From: Felis catus
Taxonomy: Eukaryota
Direction: 5' to 3'
NCBI RefSeq assembly: GCF_018350175.1
Contig: NC_058368.1
Span: 177,074,001-177,138,000, forward strand
DNA length: 64,000 nt
Shown: positions 11,960-24,349 of the stretch, piece after piece
Layout: every line of letters begins with the position of its first letter
Position numbering within the stretch: position 1 is the first letter of the stretch
The notes under the pieces: model-generated
Databases searched by the model: none
Told to the model about the DNA's origin: nothing
Seen by the model: only the letters and a program-made list of their open reading frames with translations
Translations under genes and position numbers: made by a program

Positions 11960-12020
11960 TAAATTAAAAAACATTTTTTTAAATGTCTATCCATTTTTGA
12001 GAGGGGAGGGCGGGGGGAGG

Positions 12021-12055
<35 letters not shown>

Positions 12056-12189
12056 CCAGAATCCAAAGTAGGCTCCAGGCTCCGAGCTGTCAGCACAGAG
12101 CCTGACGCAGGGCTCAAACCCACGAACCACGAGATCATGACCTGAGCCAAAGTTGGGGGTGTTCAATCGATTGAGCCACCAGGTGCCCC
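11960..12189 (-). mobile_element. CanSINE
   Basis: Same architecture; flanked by ttgtgtcccttttt / ttgtgtgccttttt. Confidence 0.9.
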
Positions 12190-12441
12190 TTGTGTGCCTT
12201 TTTAAAAGTAGGCTGCTCCTGTTTTTCTTATTGATTTGTAAGGACTCTTTATACGTTAAGATTATTAATGTTCTGTCTGTCAATAAATGTCAAATTAAGC
12301 CCCAGTTCTAGTCCTGCCTCTGCCCCCAGACTTCTGTGATGCCGTTCCACACTCCAGCCTTCAGTGTCTCTGGCTATGAATTATGTGCCCTCTGAGGCGG
12401 GCCACTTTCTGACTGACATGTCCGCATCTTTAACCCTTCAG

Positions 12442-12565
12442 GCGCCAGGAGCTCCGAGAGCTTCGGCTGCTCCAGAAAGAAGAACACCGGAACCAGACCC
12501 AGCTGAGCAGCAAGCATGAGCTACAGCTGGAGCAGATGCATAAGCGTTTTGAACAAGAAATCAAC
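12442..12565 (+). CDS. STK10: STK10 coding exon (probable exon 11, 124 nt), coiled-coil region
   Basis: cccttcag|G CGC CAG...AAC|gtgagt; (R)[41 protein letters not shown]. Confidence 0.96.
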
Positions 12566-12983
12566 GTGAGTGTGAGGACAGATGGGTCCCTGGAGGGCTT
12601 CTTGCCTCCATGTTTTCTTTAGGGGCAGGAGAGAGCCCGGTTCCTTTGGTTTCTTGGTCTCCTGGGCCACTGATTCATAAACACAGGATCTCATGAAGGT
12701 CACAGAGCTCCTCGGAGTGACAGAGGAGGACCTCTAGAGGGAGACCGACCTTTGCCGAGCACCATGCAAGAACTCTGCAAGGCAGATGGTCTGGCCTCCC
12801 TTTTGTACAGAGGCAGCAGAAACTCCGGTTAAATGACTCGCCCCGGGTCGTACAGCAGAGAGGTGTAGAGCTGGGATTCAGGCCCCGGTCTGAAGATAAA
12901 CTCTGGGCTCTCCCCATCTTGCATCCCATCTTCCTCCCAGGTATAAAGAGACTTTGCTCAGTTTCTCCTCCTACTCCTTCCAG

Positions 12984-13163
12984 GCCAAGAAGAAGTTCTT
13001 TGACACGGAGCTGGAGAACCTGGAACGCCAGCAGAAGCAGCAGGTGGAGAAGATGGAGCAAGACCATGCCGTGCGCCGCCGGGAGGAGGCCAGGCGGATC
13101 CGCCTGGAGCAGGATCGGGACTATGCCAAGTTCCAGGAGCAGCTCAAACTGATGAAGAAGGAG
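12984..13163 (+). CDS. STK10: STK10 coding exon (probable exon 12, 180 nt)
   Basis: ccttccag|GCC...GAG|gtgaat; [60 protein letters not shown]. Confidence 0.96.
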
Positions 13164-13879
13164 GTGAATATGTGCTGGGCGGAGGCCAGGGGCTCTAGGA
13201 CGCAAGCGATCGAAACCCCAGCTCAGTCCCGCTTCAGCAACAGAGGAGACTCTGGGGAGCTCATGTATCTGAAAAGCTCATGTCCACGTGTCGGGATTCG
13301 TGTGCTCCAGCTGCGTCATGAGGAGCTACTTCTCTGTCATTTGGGCTCTCCTTTCCTGTGTTGACTTGGCTCGCAGGCAGCTTCCTGTATGTCGTCCCAG
13401 CTCAGCAACCCCAGCTGAAAGAGAATAGGGGAGGAGGAAGGGCTGGCAGCCCAGGGGGATCTGAGATGCTTTCACCAGAGCAGGGGAACAGGTGCCGGGT
13501 GGCAAACACAATACGTCTTCTGTGCCCTGCCCTCTCTTCTCCCAAAACAACAGTCCCCTAGTTGGGACCCATGTGGCTCTTCTCTTTTCTCTCCCAACTG
13601 AAGAGGTGGGGGGGGGGGGGGATAGGTGACAAAGAGGTAGATGGTCCCGAGACAAGGGGAGGGAGGTGAGTCTCCTAGCCTGCCCTGAGGAAGGGCATCT
13701 GGGTCCCAAATAACAGCTCACACCTCCCTCTGTGGAGCCTGGGACATACTTACTAGGCCATTCCCAGTCTTCAGACAAACAGCTTCTAAGGGTGGTCCGT
13801 AGTGCTGCAGGCTTCAGAGCCCAGCTCCCAGACTGCAGTCTATGGGGGTGACATTTGTATCCAAGGGGCCTCAGGCAGC

Positions 13880-14460
13880 TGCAGGGGCTGGGCTGGAGCT
13901 GGAGCACAAAACTTAAGTGGGGGCGCCAAAAACCTTGGTAATCAAGACAAATAATATTGTAGCGTAGTGTTTTAATTTTAACATCAAAATTATTGCAGAA
14001 AAGTCATGATGAACAGACTGTTGGCTATTTAAAGTCAGGATTCAACAGGGCCAGGTTTAGGGTAAGGCGGTGAGAATGAGTCCTGCAAGTATAGGGTGGA
14101 TCCCGTCTGTATTGACAATTTTGATATTATGTTCGTGGCGGGAATTTTGATTTTTAAATTTTTATTTATTTTTAAAAGAATCTTTGTTTTTGAGAGAGAG
14201 TGAGAGCGCGTGCGCACGCAGGGGAGAGACGATCCGAAGCCGGCTCTGCGTTGACAGTAGATAGCCCGATGCAGGGCTTGAACTCATGAACCGTGAGATC
14301 ATGATCTGAGCCAAAGTCAGATATTTAACTAACTGAGCCACCCAGGAGCCCCCGAATTTTGATTTTTTTTAATGTAATTTTATCTTCATTACTGAGATTT
14401 TTGGTATTCCTTTTTATGCCTGCGGTGAGTGCCTCACTGGCCTTACCCTGGTCCTGGCTC
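13880..14460. mobile_element. MER96B-like palindromic hAT MITE interrupted by a CanSINE
   Basis: Left arm caaaacttaagtgggggcgccaaaaaccttggtaatcaagacaaataat is roughly complementary to right arm ttatcttcattactgagatttttggt...gcctcactggccttaccctggtcctggc. Confidence 0.6.
14156..14353 (-). mobile_element. CanSINE inserted in the MITE
   Basis: Perfect TSD gaattttgattttt at 14142-14155 and 14354-14367. Confidence 0.92.
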
Positions 14461-14784
14461 TCCTGCTGGGGTACAGCGCTGACACTAAGCATACCCCCCA
14501 GCTCCAGGGCAAGTGCAGGGAGCACAGGCTTGGGAGTCAGGTCTGGTTCGGAGTCGTGGCTCTGGATTACTAACTATTGAGCTTTGGACAAGTGATCTTC
14601 CTGAGCCCTAGTTACCTCCTATCAAAATGAGAGCTATTCAGCACCTGTTTTATTGACTGTCTACATGTATGGCCCTGTGCTAGGTGCTGGGGGTACTGAG
14701 CAGAATAGATAGGGACTCTACCCTCAAGAAGCTGTTAACTGCCATGGAATCCAGAAGTTTTTGGCCATTTCTGATATTCATTAA

Positions 14785-14835
14785 AAATTTTATTTTTGAG
14801 AGGGAGAGAGAGAGCACAAGGGGGGAGGGGGGGCG

Positions 14836-14892
<57 letters not shown>

Positions 14893-15014
14893 CTAAGTAG
14901 GCTCCATGCTCAGTACGGAGTCCAACATGGTGCTTGATCCCATGACCCTAGGATCATGACCTAAGCCAAAACCAAGAGTCAGACGCTTAACCAACTGAGC
15001 CACCCAGGTGCCCC
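14785..15014 (-). mobile_element. CanSINE with long (GA)n
   Basis: (GA)n at ~14838-14888 and reverse-complement head ...gagccacccaggtgcccc. Confidence 0.9.
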
Positions 15015-15019
15015 TGCTG

Positions 15020-16060
15020 TGCATTTTCCATTCCAGTCTCTTTCTCCCCAAAACACAAATATTAGACCTTTGGTATTTTCCTGTAAGTCCCTAAACCTTT
15101 AGTTTTCATAATTTTTATTAGTCTTCAAATTCACGGGCTCTTCTGCCGCCTCCCCTCCACCCTGGGTCCATCCAGTGCTTTCTGTGTTTACTGTTAGATG
15201 CTGTATTGTTTGGTCCTAAGCTTTCTAATTGTCTCTGTTTTAGAGTTTGTATTTCTCTGTGGCAACATTCTCTCGCTCCATTAACCTCAAATATGTTTAC
15301 CTTTACCTGACAGAGTGTGGTTATAATAGCTGCTTTATAGTTTTTGTCTGATAATTCCAACGTCTGTGCCATCTTGGAATTGGTATGTGATGATTTTTTT
15401 TCTTTGCAAATGGGTCACATTTCCTGATTCTTTGTACGTAGAGTAATTTTGGATCGCATCATTGACATTTTGAATGTTCTAGTCTGTGGACTCTGGGTCC
15501 TGTTACAGTCTGGAGAGTGTTGACATTTTTGTTTTAGCAGGCAGTTGATCTTGTTAGGTTCAGACCACAGGTTCTGTCCTGTCTTCTGTGGGTGGTGGCT
15601 CTGATCGTAGTATAGTTTTCAAAGCCCCTGCTGTACTGCTTTGGGTCTGTCTTGCTCCTGCTCGGCACGGGTGAACTTGAGACATGCGTGGGGTCATGCA
15701 CAGAATTAGGGTTTCCCTCCTGCTGTCTTCTCTCTGGGATTCTTCCCACACTCTCTGACCCGCACAGGCCCTTCTTCATGGTTCTCTGGCCAGAAACATG
15801 AAGTTTCTTACAGTCTTAGTTACCTTTCCCATGGCACTGCTGTGCAGGTCTGAGAGTGGTGCAAAGCCAGGACAGCAAAAGGGAAAAAAAAAAAAAAAAA
15901 CTAGGAAACTCGCTCCTGTGCTGGCCCCTCCTACAAGTTTTGACTCTTCTGATAGTCACCTGCTTTTGTTTACTTTCCAGAGTAGTTGTTTTTTGTATTT
16001 TATCCAGGGTTTTTCATTGTGATCGGCAGGACAGGGAGGCTGTTTTGGCTTACGCTGACC
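15020..16060 (-). mobile_element. Old L1 (L1M-type) 5'UTR/ORF1 fragment
   Basis: Minus-strand ORF 15118..15372 MAQTLELSDKNYKAAIIT resembles the start of an ancient L1 ORF1. Confidence 0.65.
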
Positions 16061-16271
16061 ATGCCAGAAGAACTCCCCTGGAATGTTCTTTTGATCATGG
16101 ACAGTATTTTTCCACCAGCTGCTCCTAAGAGCCTTCCATCAGTGAGTTTGGAGTGGTGTTTCAGGCACCCGTAGAGGTGTGGGTTCCTCAGAACTGTCTG
16201 AGGAACTCTGGGTGCCTTGGAGAGAAATGTCATGAATCTCTTCTCCCTCTTCTGTTATAAAAGACAAACTG

Positions 16272-16390
16272 GGGGCACCTGGCTGGCTCATTCAGTAGAG
16301 TGTGCAGCTCTTGATCTTAGGGTTGTGAGATAGAACCCTACATTTGGTGTAGAGATTACTTACCAAAAAAAAAAAACAAAAAACAAAGAA
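16272..16390 (+). mobile_element. Short CanSINE (tRNA-like head plus A tail, no CT tract)
   Basis: ggggcacctggctggctcattcagtagag...tagagattacttaccaaaaaa. Confidence 0.8.
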
Positions 16391-17230
16391 ACCCATTTCC
16401 AGCTGGCTTGAGAACACTTACTGGCCCTGATCGGGAGGGCAGAAGTATCACCAGGAACCCTTCTTTTTCGTGTTTTGGCATTGCTTCCCTGCATTCATCT
16501 TTGTCTCTGGCGGGCCCTTCCAGGGTGGCCCACCATGGCCTACATCCTAGTTTAGCAACCCCGGAGGACAGAGATCTGCTTTCCTCGATAGTTCCAGCAC
16601 ACATCCTAAAGCTCTCACTGGCCCAGCAAGGTGTCTGAACCAATCCCTGAGGCCAGGGCATGGAACATGTTGACCGACAGCCTGCATCATATGTGTGCCT
16701 GGGAGCCAGATGGAGGTGGCCGGGGGCGGGGGGGGGGGGGGCTGGGTATCAACACCACCTGAACCTTGGGAACAGAGGAGATGTCTCCCTTGAGGGGTGA
16801 GAAATATCTTAGATCATTATAAGGGTTTAACAGAGTGACAGTTTGTGGGATTAATATTTCTTGGGGGTGGGTGATTAGGAAGCAAATGTCTACAGAGGTT
16901 TCTGGGGGCACAGTATGAAGAAAGGTTGACAAAGTCTGCCCTCAAGGAAGGGGACGTGATGCTCTCAGAAGGCCGCAGGATGTCAAGCAGCAAAAGCAGG
17001 ACCTCTTCGCTCTGGGGGAGTCTGAAACCCAAGCCAGCAGCAGACAGGAGTAGGCCAGAGAAGACTACCTGTCAGGGGCTTGGTGGAGAGCGGGGTGGGG
17101 GGCCAGTGTCTAGAAAGCTGCGCCTCGCCTTTGGCCTCCCTGGCCCAGGAGTTCTGGTGTTGTAGTCTTTCTTTCTAGGAAGTGTGAGGAGGGACGCTGA
17201 CCCAGTCGCTGTCTTCTGTTTCTGGTACAG

Positions 17231-17323
17231 GTGAAGAACGAGGTGGAGAGGCTTCCGAGGCAGCAGCGGAAGGAGAGCATGAAGCAGAAAATGGAGGAGC
17301 ACGCACAAAAGAAGCAGCTTCTC
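17231..17323 (+). CDS. STK10: STK10 coding exon (probable exon 13, 93 nt)
   Basis: ggtacag|GTG...CTC|gtgagt; [31 protein letters not shown]; phase 0-0. Confidence 0.96.
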
Positions 17324-17719
17324 GTGAGTCCTTGCCCTCGGTCAGCGAGTCCCAGGTTGGAGGACCCGAGTGATGACCAGGTTCCTCCTCTGTCTCAAGT
17401 CCAGCCTATTTTGTTGGCACCTCCCTCACGCAGCCTTCCTTGATTGCTCTCGCTCCAGGTAGAAGTGAGCTCCCTGTCTCCGGACACCCCAGCCCTGTAC
17501 ATCCGTGTCTTAGGGTTGTTTGTAGGCCATGTCTCCTTGAATAACCCAGTACATCCACCTGCCCACTTGGCACCTTTTAGAATCTTAAGACAAACCCATG
17601 ACCTCCCAGACCTGGTCCTGTTCTTGTATTCTGAGGGGGCACTGTCCTTCATCCTGCTGTCAGGCCAGAAACGTTGTTATTTCTGACCGTTCCTTTCCTT
17701 CCAACCCTTTATCACCTCC

Positions 17720-18175
17720 TGAAGCATGGATTTTGTTTTTTTGTTTTTAAGCTCCAAACTGTCTCTGGATCTGCCAACTTTGTCAATATCTCTGTGACTC
17801 CATAGCGACTGTCATCTTTTGCCTGGACTACTGCAGTAGCCTCCCAGCTAGTCTCCCTGCTTCCTCTCTTGCTCTCCTGCAATTTTCTCTCCCACCAGCC
17901 AGTGTCATCAACATGAACTCCAGATCTCATCATGTCACCCTCCCCCTATAGCCTTGTGTCCTGAAAACCTTCAGGGGCTCCCACTTTGTGTATAAGATAA
18001 GACGAGCCTCCTCATGTGCTTACAAGGCCCTGTCCGTCTGGCCCCTGCTAGCCTCTCCCCGCTCCACTCGATCCTCCCGGCCCCAGCCTCACTGGCCTTC
18101 TCCTTAGCCCTTGTCGGACCATGTGCTTGTTTTTCTCCTATTGGGGCGTCTGTACATTTTGCTGCCTCTGCCCCC
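17720..18175 (+). mobile_element. L2 LINE fragment
   Basis: gcctggactactgcagtagcctcccagctagtctccctgcttcc...cagatctcatcatgtcacc...caaggccctgtccgtctggcccctgc. Confidence 0.7.
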
Positions 18176-18669
18176 AAATGTATAGAAAATTAGAGTCTAC
18201 ACTTAAAATGCTTTTGTATATTACCCAGTTTAGTGTTCATGGCTTATCAGGGTAGGTGCTATTTGTTTTTCCCTTTACAGAGAAAGAAAATAAGGCTTAG
18301 AGAGGTGACTTTGTAGAGTTAATGGTATGGGGCAAGGCTTGAAACTCAGTCTGACTCCAGGCTTCATGTTCTCTCCAGGACACCATCATACTTTCCTACA
18401 ACCTGTCCTTTGATGCTGTGATCAGAAAAAAAAAATGCAGGGCTGGGGAGGGTGGGGGAGATAGGCCCCATCCCCACACAGGGAGAGCATATTGGGCCTT
18501 TAAGGGGGCCATTCTTGCAAGGGCATCAAGAGCCTCAAAAATGTACACATTATTGGCCTGGATTTTTTTTGCTTCTAGAGACTAATCCTAAGGATTAATC
18601 ATCACAGAAGTTCACAAATATTTAGCTACCAGAGTATGAAGACATACTCCATCTAAAATAGAGACACCC

Positions 18670-18877
18670 GGGGCACCCAGGGGGCTCAGTCAGTTAAGCA
18701 TCCAACTCTTGATTTTGGCTCAGGTCATGATCTCACAGTTCATGAGTTTGAGCACCGCATCAGGGTCTGTGTGGCCAGTACAGAGCCTAATTGCGATTCT
18801 TCTCTCGCTCTCTTCTCTGCCTCTTCCCCACTCTCTCACTCTCTCTCTCTCTGCAAATAAATAAATAAACATAAACA
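18670..18877 (+). mobile_element. CanSINE
   Basis: ggggcacccagggggctcagtcagttaagcatcc...(CT)n...aaataaataaataaac; flanked by aaaatagaga repeats. Confidence 0.9.
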
Positions 18878-19009
18878 AAATAGAGATAACTTGGAAAAAA
18901 TTATTAGGTATTGGGTGAATAAGGTTAGGGTATACCTACCTGTGCCATGAAATGTTTTCGGCCATCAAAACTCACTTGATAGAAGATTACATTATCACAT
19001 GGAAAGGTA

Positions 19010-19500
19010 TTTTTAATTTTTAAAAATTATAGTAAGATAAGGCATAACGAATTTAGCACCTTAACCATTTTTAAGCATACAGTTCAGTAGTATTAGGTAC
19101 ATTCACACTGTTGTGCAAACCATCACCACTGTCCGTGTCCAGAACAGTTTATCTTGCAAGACTGAAACTCTACCCATTAGATAATAACACCCCATGCCCT
19201 TCCCCTAGTCCCTGGCAACCACTATTCTACTCTCTGTCTCCACAAATCTGACTTCCTGTAAGTGGGATCATGTGGTATTTGTCCTTTTGTGTCTGATTTA
19301 CTTGACATGTCTTTGAGATTCATCCATGTTGTGGCATATGTGGGAATTTTCAGGGAGGAGTAAGATTCCATTGTGCATATATGCCACATTTTGTTTATCC
19401 ACTCCTCTGTCTGTAGGCACTTGAGTGTTTCCATCCCATGGCTGTTGTGAATAATGCTGTTATGAACACGGGTGTACAAATCTCTAAGTCCTTTTAAATA
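19010..19500 (-). mobile_element. L1MB-like 3' end fragment
   Basis: ttaaccatttttaagcatacagttcagtagtattaggtacattcacactgttgtgcaaaccatcaccact...ccacattttgtttatccactc. Confidence 0.8.
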
Positions 19501-20137
19501 ATTTGTGAAATACAGATGCAAACATGTTTGTATAGGTACACCAAAACCAGCTGCTGCTCCCGGGTGATAGGATTAGTGGGGATTTCTAGTTTCTGCTTAC
19601 GTGTTCCCTAAAATTTTTAAATTTTAATTTTTTAAATCTGACTATGGAAAATTAAAAACATAGGCAGAAATAGGTATATCAGGAACCCCCACATACCTGT
19701 CACCTGTTACCTGGTCTCAGTAATTAGGAGCTCATGTCTACTCACTCCCCCACCCTTCAGGGTTATTTCGAATCAAATCCCACGTATCGTATCCTTTCAC
19801 CTGTCAGTGTCTTAGTATGCATCTCTAAAAGAACCCACAATACTATAAAGTCACCTAAGAATTTAAATATTTATCGGTAACTGCTTCATGACATCCCATT
19901 TGCAGTTGAGTCATTAGTTACATTTCCATTTGTCTCATGAATGTTTTTTTTTTAATCTGTTGTTTGAATCAGGGTCCACATGAAGCGCATATGCCACAGT
20001 TGGTGGACGTGTCTCTAAGTCTCAGGTTTCCCCTGTGTATGTTTTCTTTGCCGATCACAATGACTCCTCTGTAGTAAAAGTAGACGTTGAGGTGCCGGAA
20101 CCGGTGCTAAAGGTCTGTCCTCCTCTCTCCCGCCCAG

Positions 20138-20267
20138 GACCGGGACTTCCTGGCCAAGCAGAAGGAGGACCTGGAACTGGCGATGAAGAAGATCACTGCG
20201 GACAACAGGCGGGAGATCTGTGACAAGGAGCGCGAGTGTCTCACCAGGAAGCAGGAACTCCTTCGAG
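20138..20267 (+). CDS. STK10: STK10 coding exon (probable exon 14, 130 nt)
   Basis: cgcccag|GAC...CGA G|gtggct; [43 protein letters not shown]. Confidence 0.95.
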
Positions 20268-22040
20268 GTGGCTGCCAGAGAGTGGGCTGTGTTAGGAACT
20301 GCTAGGTTCTTCTCCATCCTAAAACCGAATAGCATCCTTCAGGGCGACACATGGGGAAAGCCTCCACTGCAGTCAGGACTGAGGCACAGAGCCGACATTA
20401 TTTGACCTCTTTCCTAAGGTTGAGGAAGGAAGAAAGCCAGCAAGCCACGTAGAGTGGGTGGAAACTACGGGGTGGTGGGGAAAGTATCGTGCCCCTTATG
20501 ACATCCATCACATGTGGAGTGACGGCTGTGCCAGGCTGTGTGCCAGTTTTCATGGCTCTCTCTCCTTGAATCTTCACCTTAACCCGACAAGTCGTTTTTG
20601 TAGACGAGGAAACAAAGGCTTGCAAGAGCCACTGTGCTTGGGCCGGGGTTGCTCGGCTAATGCGTGGTAGAATGAGCCTTGAACGTGGATCTCCTCTTGA
20701 AGCCGAGTTCCTGACTGCTCTGGTGTGCTCGTGCTCTGACGGGTTTGTGGGCTGGCAAGTCCTTCGAGCCCAAGACCTTCCAGAGACACTAGTGCAGGCC
20801 ACTCCCGGAGGGAGGAGGGCAGAGGAACTCTAGGGTACAGAGAGAGGGCTTCTGTATCTGGATGGGGTCACTAGCAGGGGAGGTTCTGGGGTAGAGTTCT
20901 GAAGGGCAGCAGGGCTTAGGGTCTTTCTTTAGCCCCTTAGGTTTATCTTCTCTATGCCTAGCGGATGTTGGGTGCAGTTTTGTGGGGCGTGCAAAGCAGG
21001 TGGGCTCTGAATGGCCAAAAGTCTGCTGTTTGAGCTACACTTGAAACAGTTGGATGGGAGAAGTTCAGAGTTTGGCACCCGTGGGCTTCTGAGAGTCAAC
21101 AGTCCAGCCTGCGGTAAAGACGTAAACAACATAGGGCCGGTTGTACAGGCGCCATCTCTGGCTTACTTACACAGCAGGTGCTGCGGCCAGGGCTGTGATG
21201 GCCGGTGCAGGCAAGCCTTGTAAACCCTTCAGTACTTGGTGTGGGGCAGCAAAACGGGGTCCTTGATGTTCTGACGTTCTGAAGAGCCACCGTGGTTTCA
21301 GGAAAGCCCTCATTTTCTTTTTGGGTCCCATGATGCCAGTAGGAACCACCCTACTTGTGGGACAGCGCTTTCGACTTTGATAGGAAGCCAAATCACTGTT
21401 CTGATGTACTGTGTGGGTAGTTACCAGTTTTCATAGATCAGGACCGCAGTGAAATGAAATGAACATTCATGTGGGTTGAGCACCACCCGCTCCATGTCTT
21501 ACAGGGCATGAAGTCTTCATCTGACGCCAGCTCCGTGCCTGTGGCTGAGCAGAAGGTCAATTGATAGACTTCCAGTGATAAAATGCCAGATGCTGTGTCT
21601 TAATAATAATGTATACATAAGGGATGTACAGTGGCCAAGGAGGGTCTCGTCCATTCTTCAAAGGAGTAAATAGTGACAGGAGGCTGTTCCTGTCTTCTTC
21701 ATGGGGTTTCGTGAGCCCTTCCCACTGGCCCATTAGGAAAGCAGCAGTGCACTGTGAGCTGAACATAATGGTCTCCCAAGACCATTTCTGCCTCCACGGA
21801 ATGGTTGCACACGTTTGGTAGAGGTGGAAGTGGAGGCCTGGAGAGGATTTGTTACCCGTCCCAAACCCCAGTGAAGGAGCTGGGTTCTAGCCTCGGTCTC
21901 TGGTTTCTCTGGTTCTTGGCTCCATTCGCTTCCTGGTGTACCAGGCTCCTGGGAGCTAACATCTGATGCAGGAGAGGGCAGGGCAGTGCTCAGTGGCGCT
22001 CTGGCCATTAGCATCTCACCAGGCCTCATGTCGTCCACAG

Positions 22041-22165
22041 ACCGGGAGGCAGCCCTGTGGGAAATGGAGGAGCATCACCTACAGGAGAGGCACCAGCTGG
22101 TGAAGCAGCAGCTCAAAGACCAGTACTTCCTCCAGAGGCATGAGCTGGTGCGCAAGCATGAGAAG
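22041..22165 (+). CDS. STK10: STK10 coding exon (probable exon 15, 125 nt)
   Basis: tccacag|AC CGG...AAG|gtgagg; (D)[41 protein letters not shown]. Confidence 0.96.
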
Positions 22166-23162
22166 GTGAGGTCCCGACTTGGGCGGGGCATGGGGCTGCC
22201 ACCGGAAGCTCTGGGAGGGCCAAGTGGGGCACTACTTGGGTACCATCTGTGCTCCCAAGAGGAGGCAGGCATTGGTCATGGTAAGGCCCTGGGAGGTTCT
22301 GTGAGATGTTCTTCCTCTGATGAAAGGGCCAGGAATGGGGGAAGCCCTGCAGGGAAGCAGATGGCAGCTCCCTCACTGACTTAGACACCTCAGTGTGTGC
22401 CTTTTACTTTTTTCCTCTTCTCCGTGACCTTTCCATTTTCCCCTAATCTCTCTCTTTTGCATGCATTCCCTCGGAATACTTTTAAGTCTCAACTTAATCA
22501 CCACCTCTGCCAGGAAGCCTTCCTTATCTCCCTCAGACCAGGCAAGGGCCCCTGCTTTGTGTGGCCAGAGCACTCTCTTACTTCTATGTAATTGTCTTGA
22601 TTTGGTCCCCTTAGTGGGAGCAGGGACAAACTGAGATCTGGATGCACAATTAGTGGATAATTACAATTCCTAATCTAAATGCAATGATGGACAAACAGCT
22701 TTGGGCTGTGGCGGCTCTGAATAAGGGTGCTCAACCTGGTTTGGAAGTCAGGGGAGGCTCCCTGGAGGAGGTGATACCCGTGCCAAGTTTTGAAATACAA
22801 ATAGGTGTTAGGTGAAGGAAAAACTCAAATTTATCATGACTTTTAAAAGTATGAATTGACATCTGCCATCACTAGTGTACGTCTTGCTTTGAGGTATTAG
22901 CTTTAATGACATGCCAACCATTGATTAGATGAGAAGACATTTAGAAGGTAAAAATCCAAAGCGTTACTAACAAAGAGTAACATTTTCTGTTCTCACTTAA
23001 AAAATTAACAGTAGAGGTAAAATGATGCCAGACTCGCTCTGCTGAGCATTCAGGGCCACGTGTGTCCTGGGCTCCCGAGCGGAGGGTGGCCGCCTTTGGC
23101 CTCTGATCACACCCCCGGCCCAGAGCACACCTGACCTCAGCCCCGGCTGGCTGTGCCCCCAG

Positions 23163-23351
23163 GAACGGGAGCAGATGCAACGCTACAACCAGCGCATGGT
23201 GGAGCAGCTGAAGGTGCGGCAGCAGCAGGAGAAAGCACGGCTGCCCAAGATTCAGAGGAGCGAGGGCAAGACGCGCATGGCCATGTACAAGAAGAGCCTC
23301 CACATCAATGGCGCGGGCAGTGCCTCTGAGCAGCGTGAGAAGATCAAGCAG
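23163..23351 (+). CDS. STK10: STK10 coding exon (probable exon 16, 189 nt)
   Basis: gcccccag|GAA...CAG|gtgggg; [63 protein letters not shown]. Confidence 0.96.
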
Positions 23352-23943
23352 GTGGGGGCTCTGTGCGTGTACTGCAGTGGGGACAGATGCCGGTTTGGTG
23401 GGGCCTGAACTTTATGTGGCTTGGGGAATAGAAATACAAGCTGCAGTACGGGGTCTTGGAAGGGGGGTGTCGGTCACAGCCTGGAAGCCTCACAAGCTCC
23501 ACGGCGAATGTCCCTCCGGTGGACAGAGGGGGAAGCTTGGTGTTGCTTTCTCATGCACGGTTCCCTTTCACACTGTGGTGCTTTGATCCTGTGGCTTCCT
23601 CTGCTGGTAAACCCCTTCTTCTCATCCACCAAGACCCCACTTGCGTGTCACCCATTCGTCTTGGGGACATGGCGCTGGTGGCCCTGGGCTCCCGTGATTC
23701 CTGTGTGGTAACGCACGTTGTCTTAGCACGTGGCACAGCACAACGTTGTGTCCCCACCAGCCTGGGTCTCCGCTCAGGAAGAGAGCATGGCCTGAATGGT
23801 GTAGGGCACTAGGGCTGTGCACAAACCAGCCCCTCTGACGGGGCTTTCTGGAATGGGGTGGGGGTAGAGGCTTCCCCCACCCCACCCCCTGCCCCCAGCC
23901 AGGCCTGTGACCCTCTGAGGCACCCACCCTCCCTCTGTTCCAG

Positions 23944-24069
23944 TTCTCCCAGCAAGAGGAGAAAAGGCAGAAGTCGGAGCGGCTACAGCAGCAGCAAAAG
24001 CATGAGAACCAGATGCGGGACATGGTGGCACAGTGTGACAGCAACATGAGCGAGCTGCAGCAGCTGCAG
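23944..24069 (+). CDS. STK10: STK10 coding exon (probable exon 17, 126 nt)
   Basis: gttccag|TTC...CAG|gtacag; [42 protein letters not shown]. Confidence 0.96.
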
Positions 24070-24349
24070 GTACAGGCCTCCCCGCCCCCCTTCTCGCATC
24101 GCCTCTGTTTCTACGGTAGGGAAGGACTCTCGTCAGACAAGCCCGGGCTAAAATGGTTCAATCCTGCCGTGTCATGCTGGCCAGATCCATCATCTTCCAA
24201 GCCATAGTTCCTGCATCCATAAAATGGGGACGGGGTAGGGGGTGAGCATTCCTGTTTGGAAGGACTGAGCTGAAAGTGCCGCGCCTGGGGCCTGGCAGTG
24301 GCCTGTGCTGGGCTTCTGGTTCATCACTGTGTCTTGGGACAAGGTGTCC

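Noticed and set aside
16272..16390. tRNA-like sequence (also ~49050-49160, 53435, 54502)
   Set aside because: These are short CanSINE heads ending in A-tails; no intact cloverleaf seen, so not called tRNA genes
23022..23106. Possible intronic C/D snoRNA (ATGATG...CTGA) ~55 nt upstream of an acceptor
   Set aside because: C box is imperfect (ATGATGC), no terminal stem is visible and no guide complementarity was recognised
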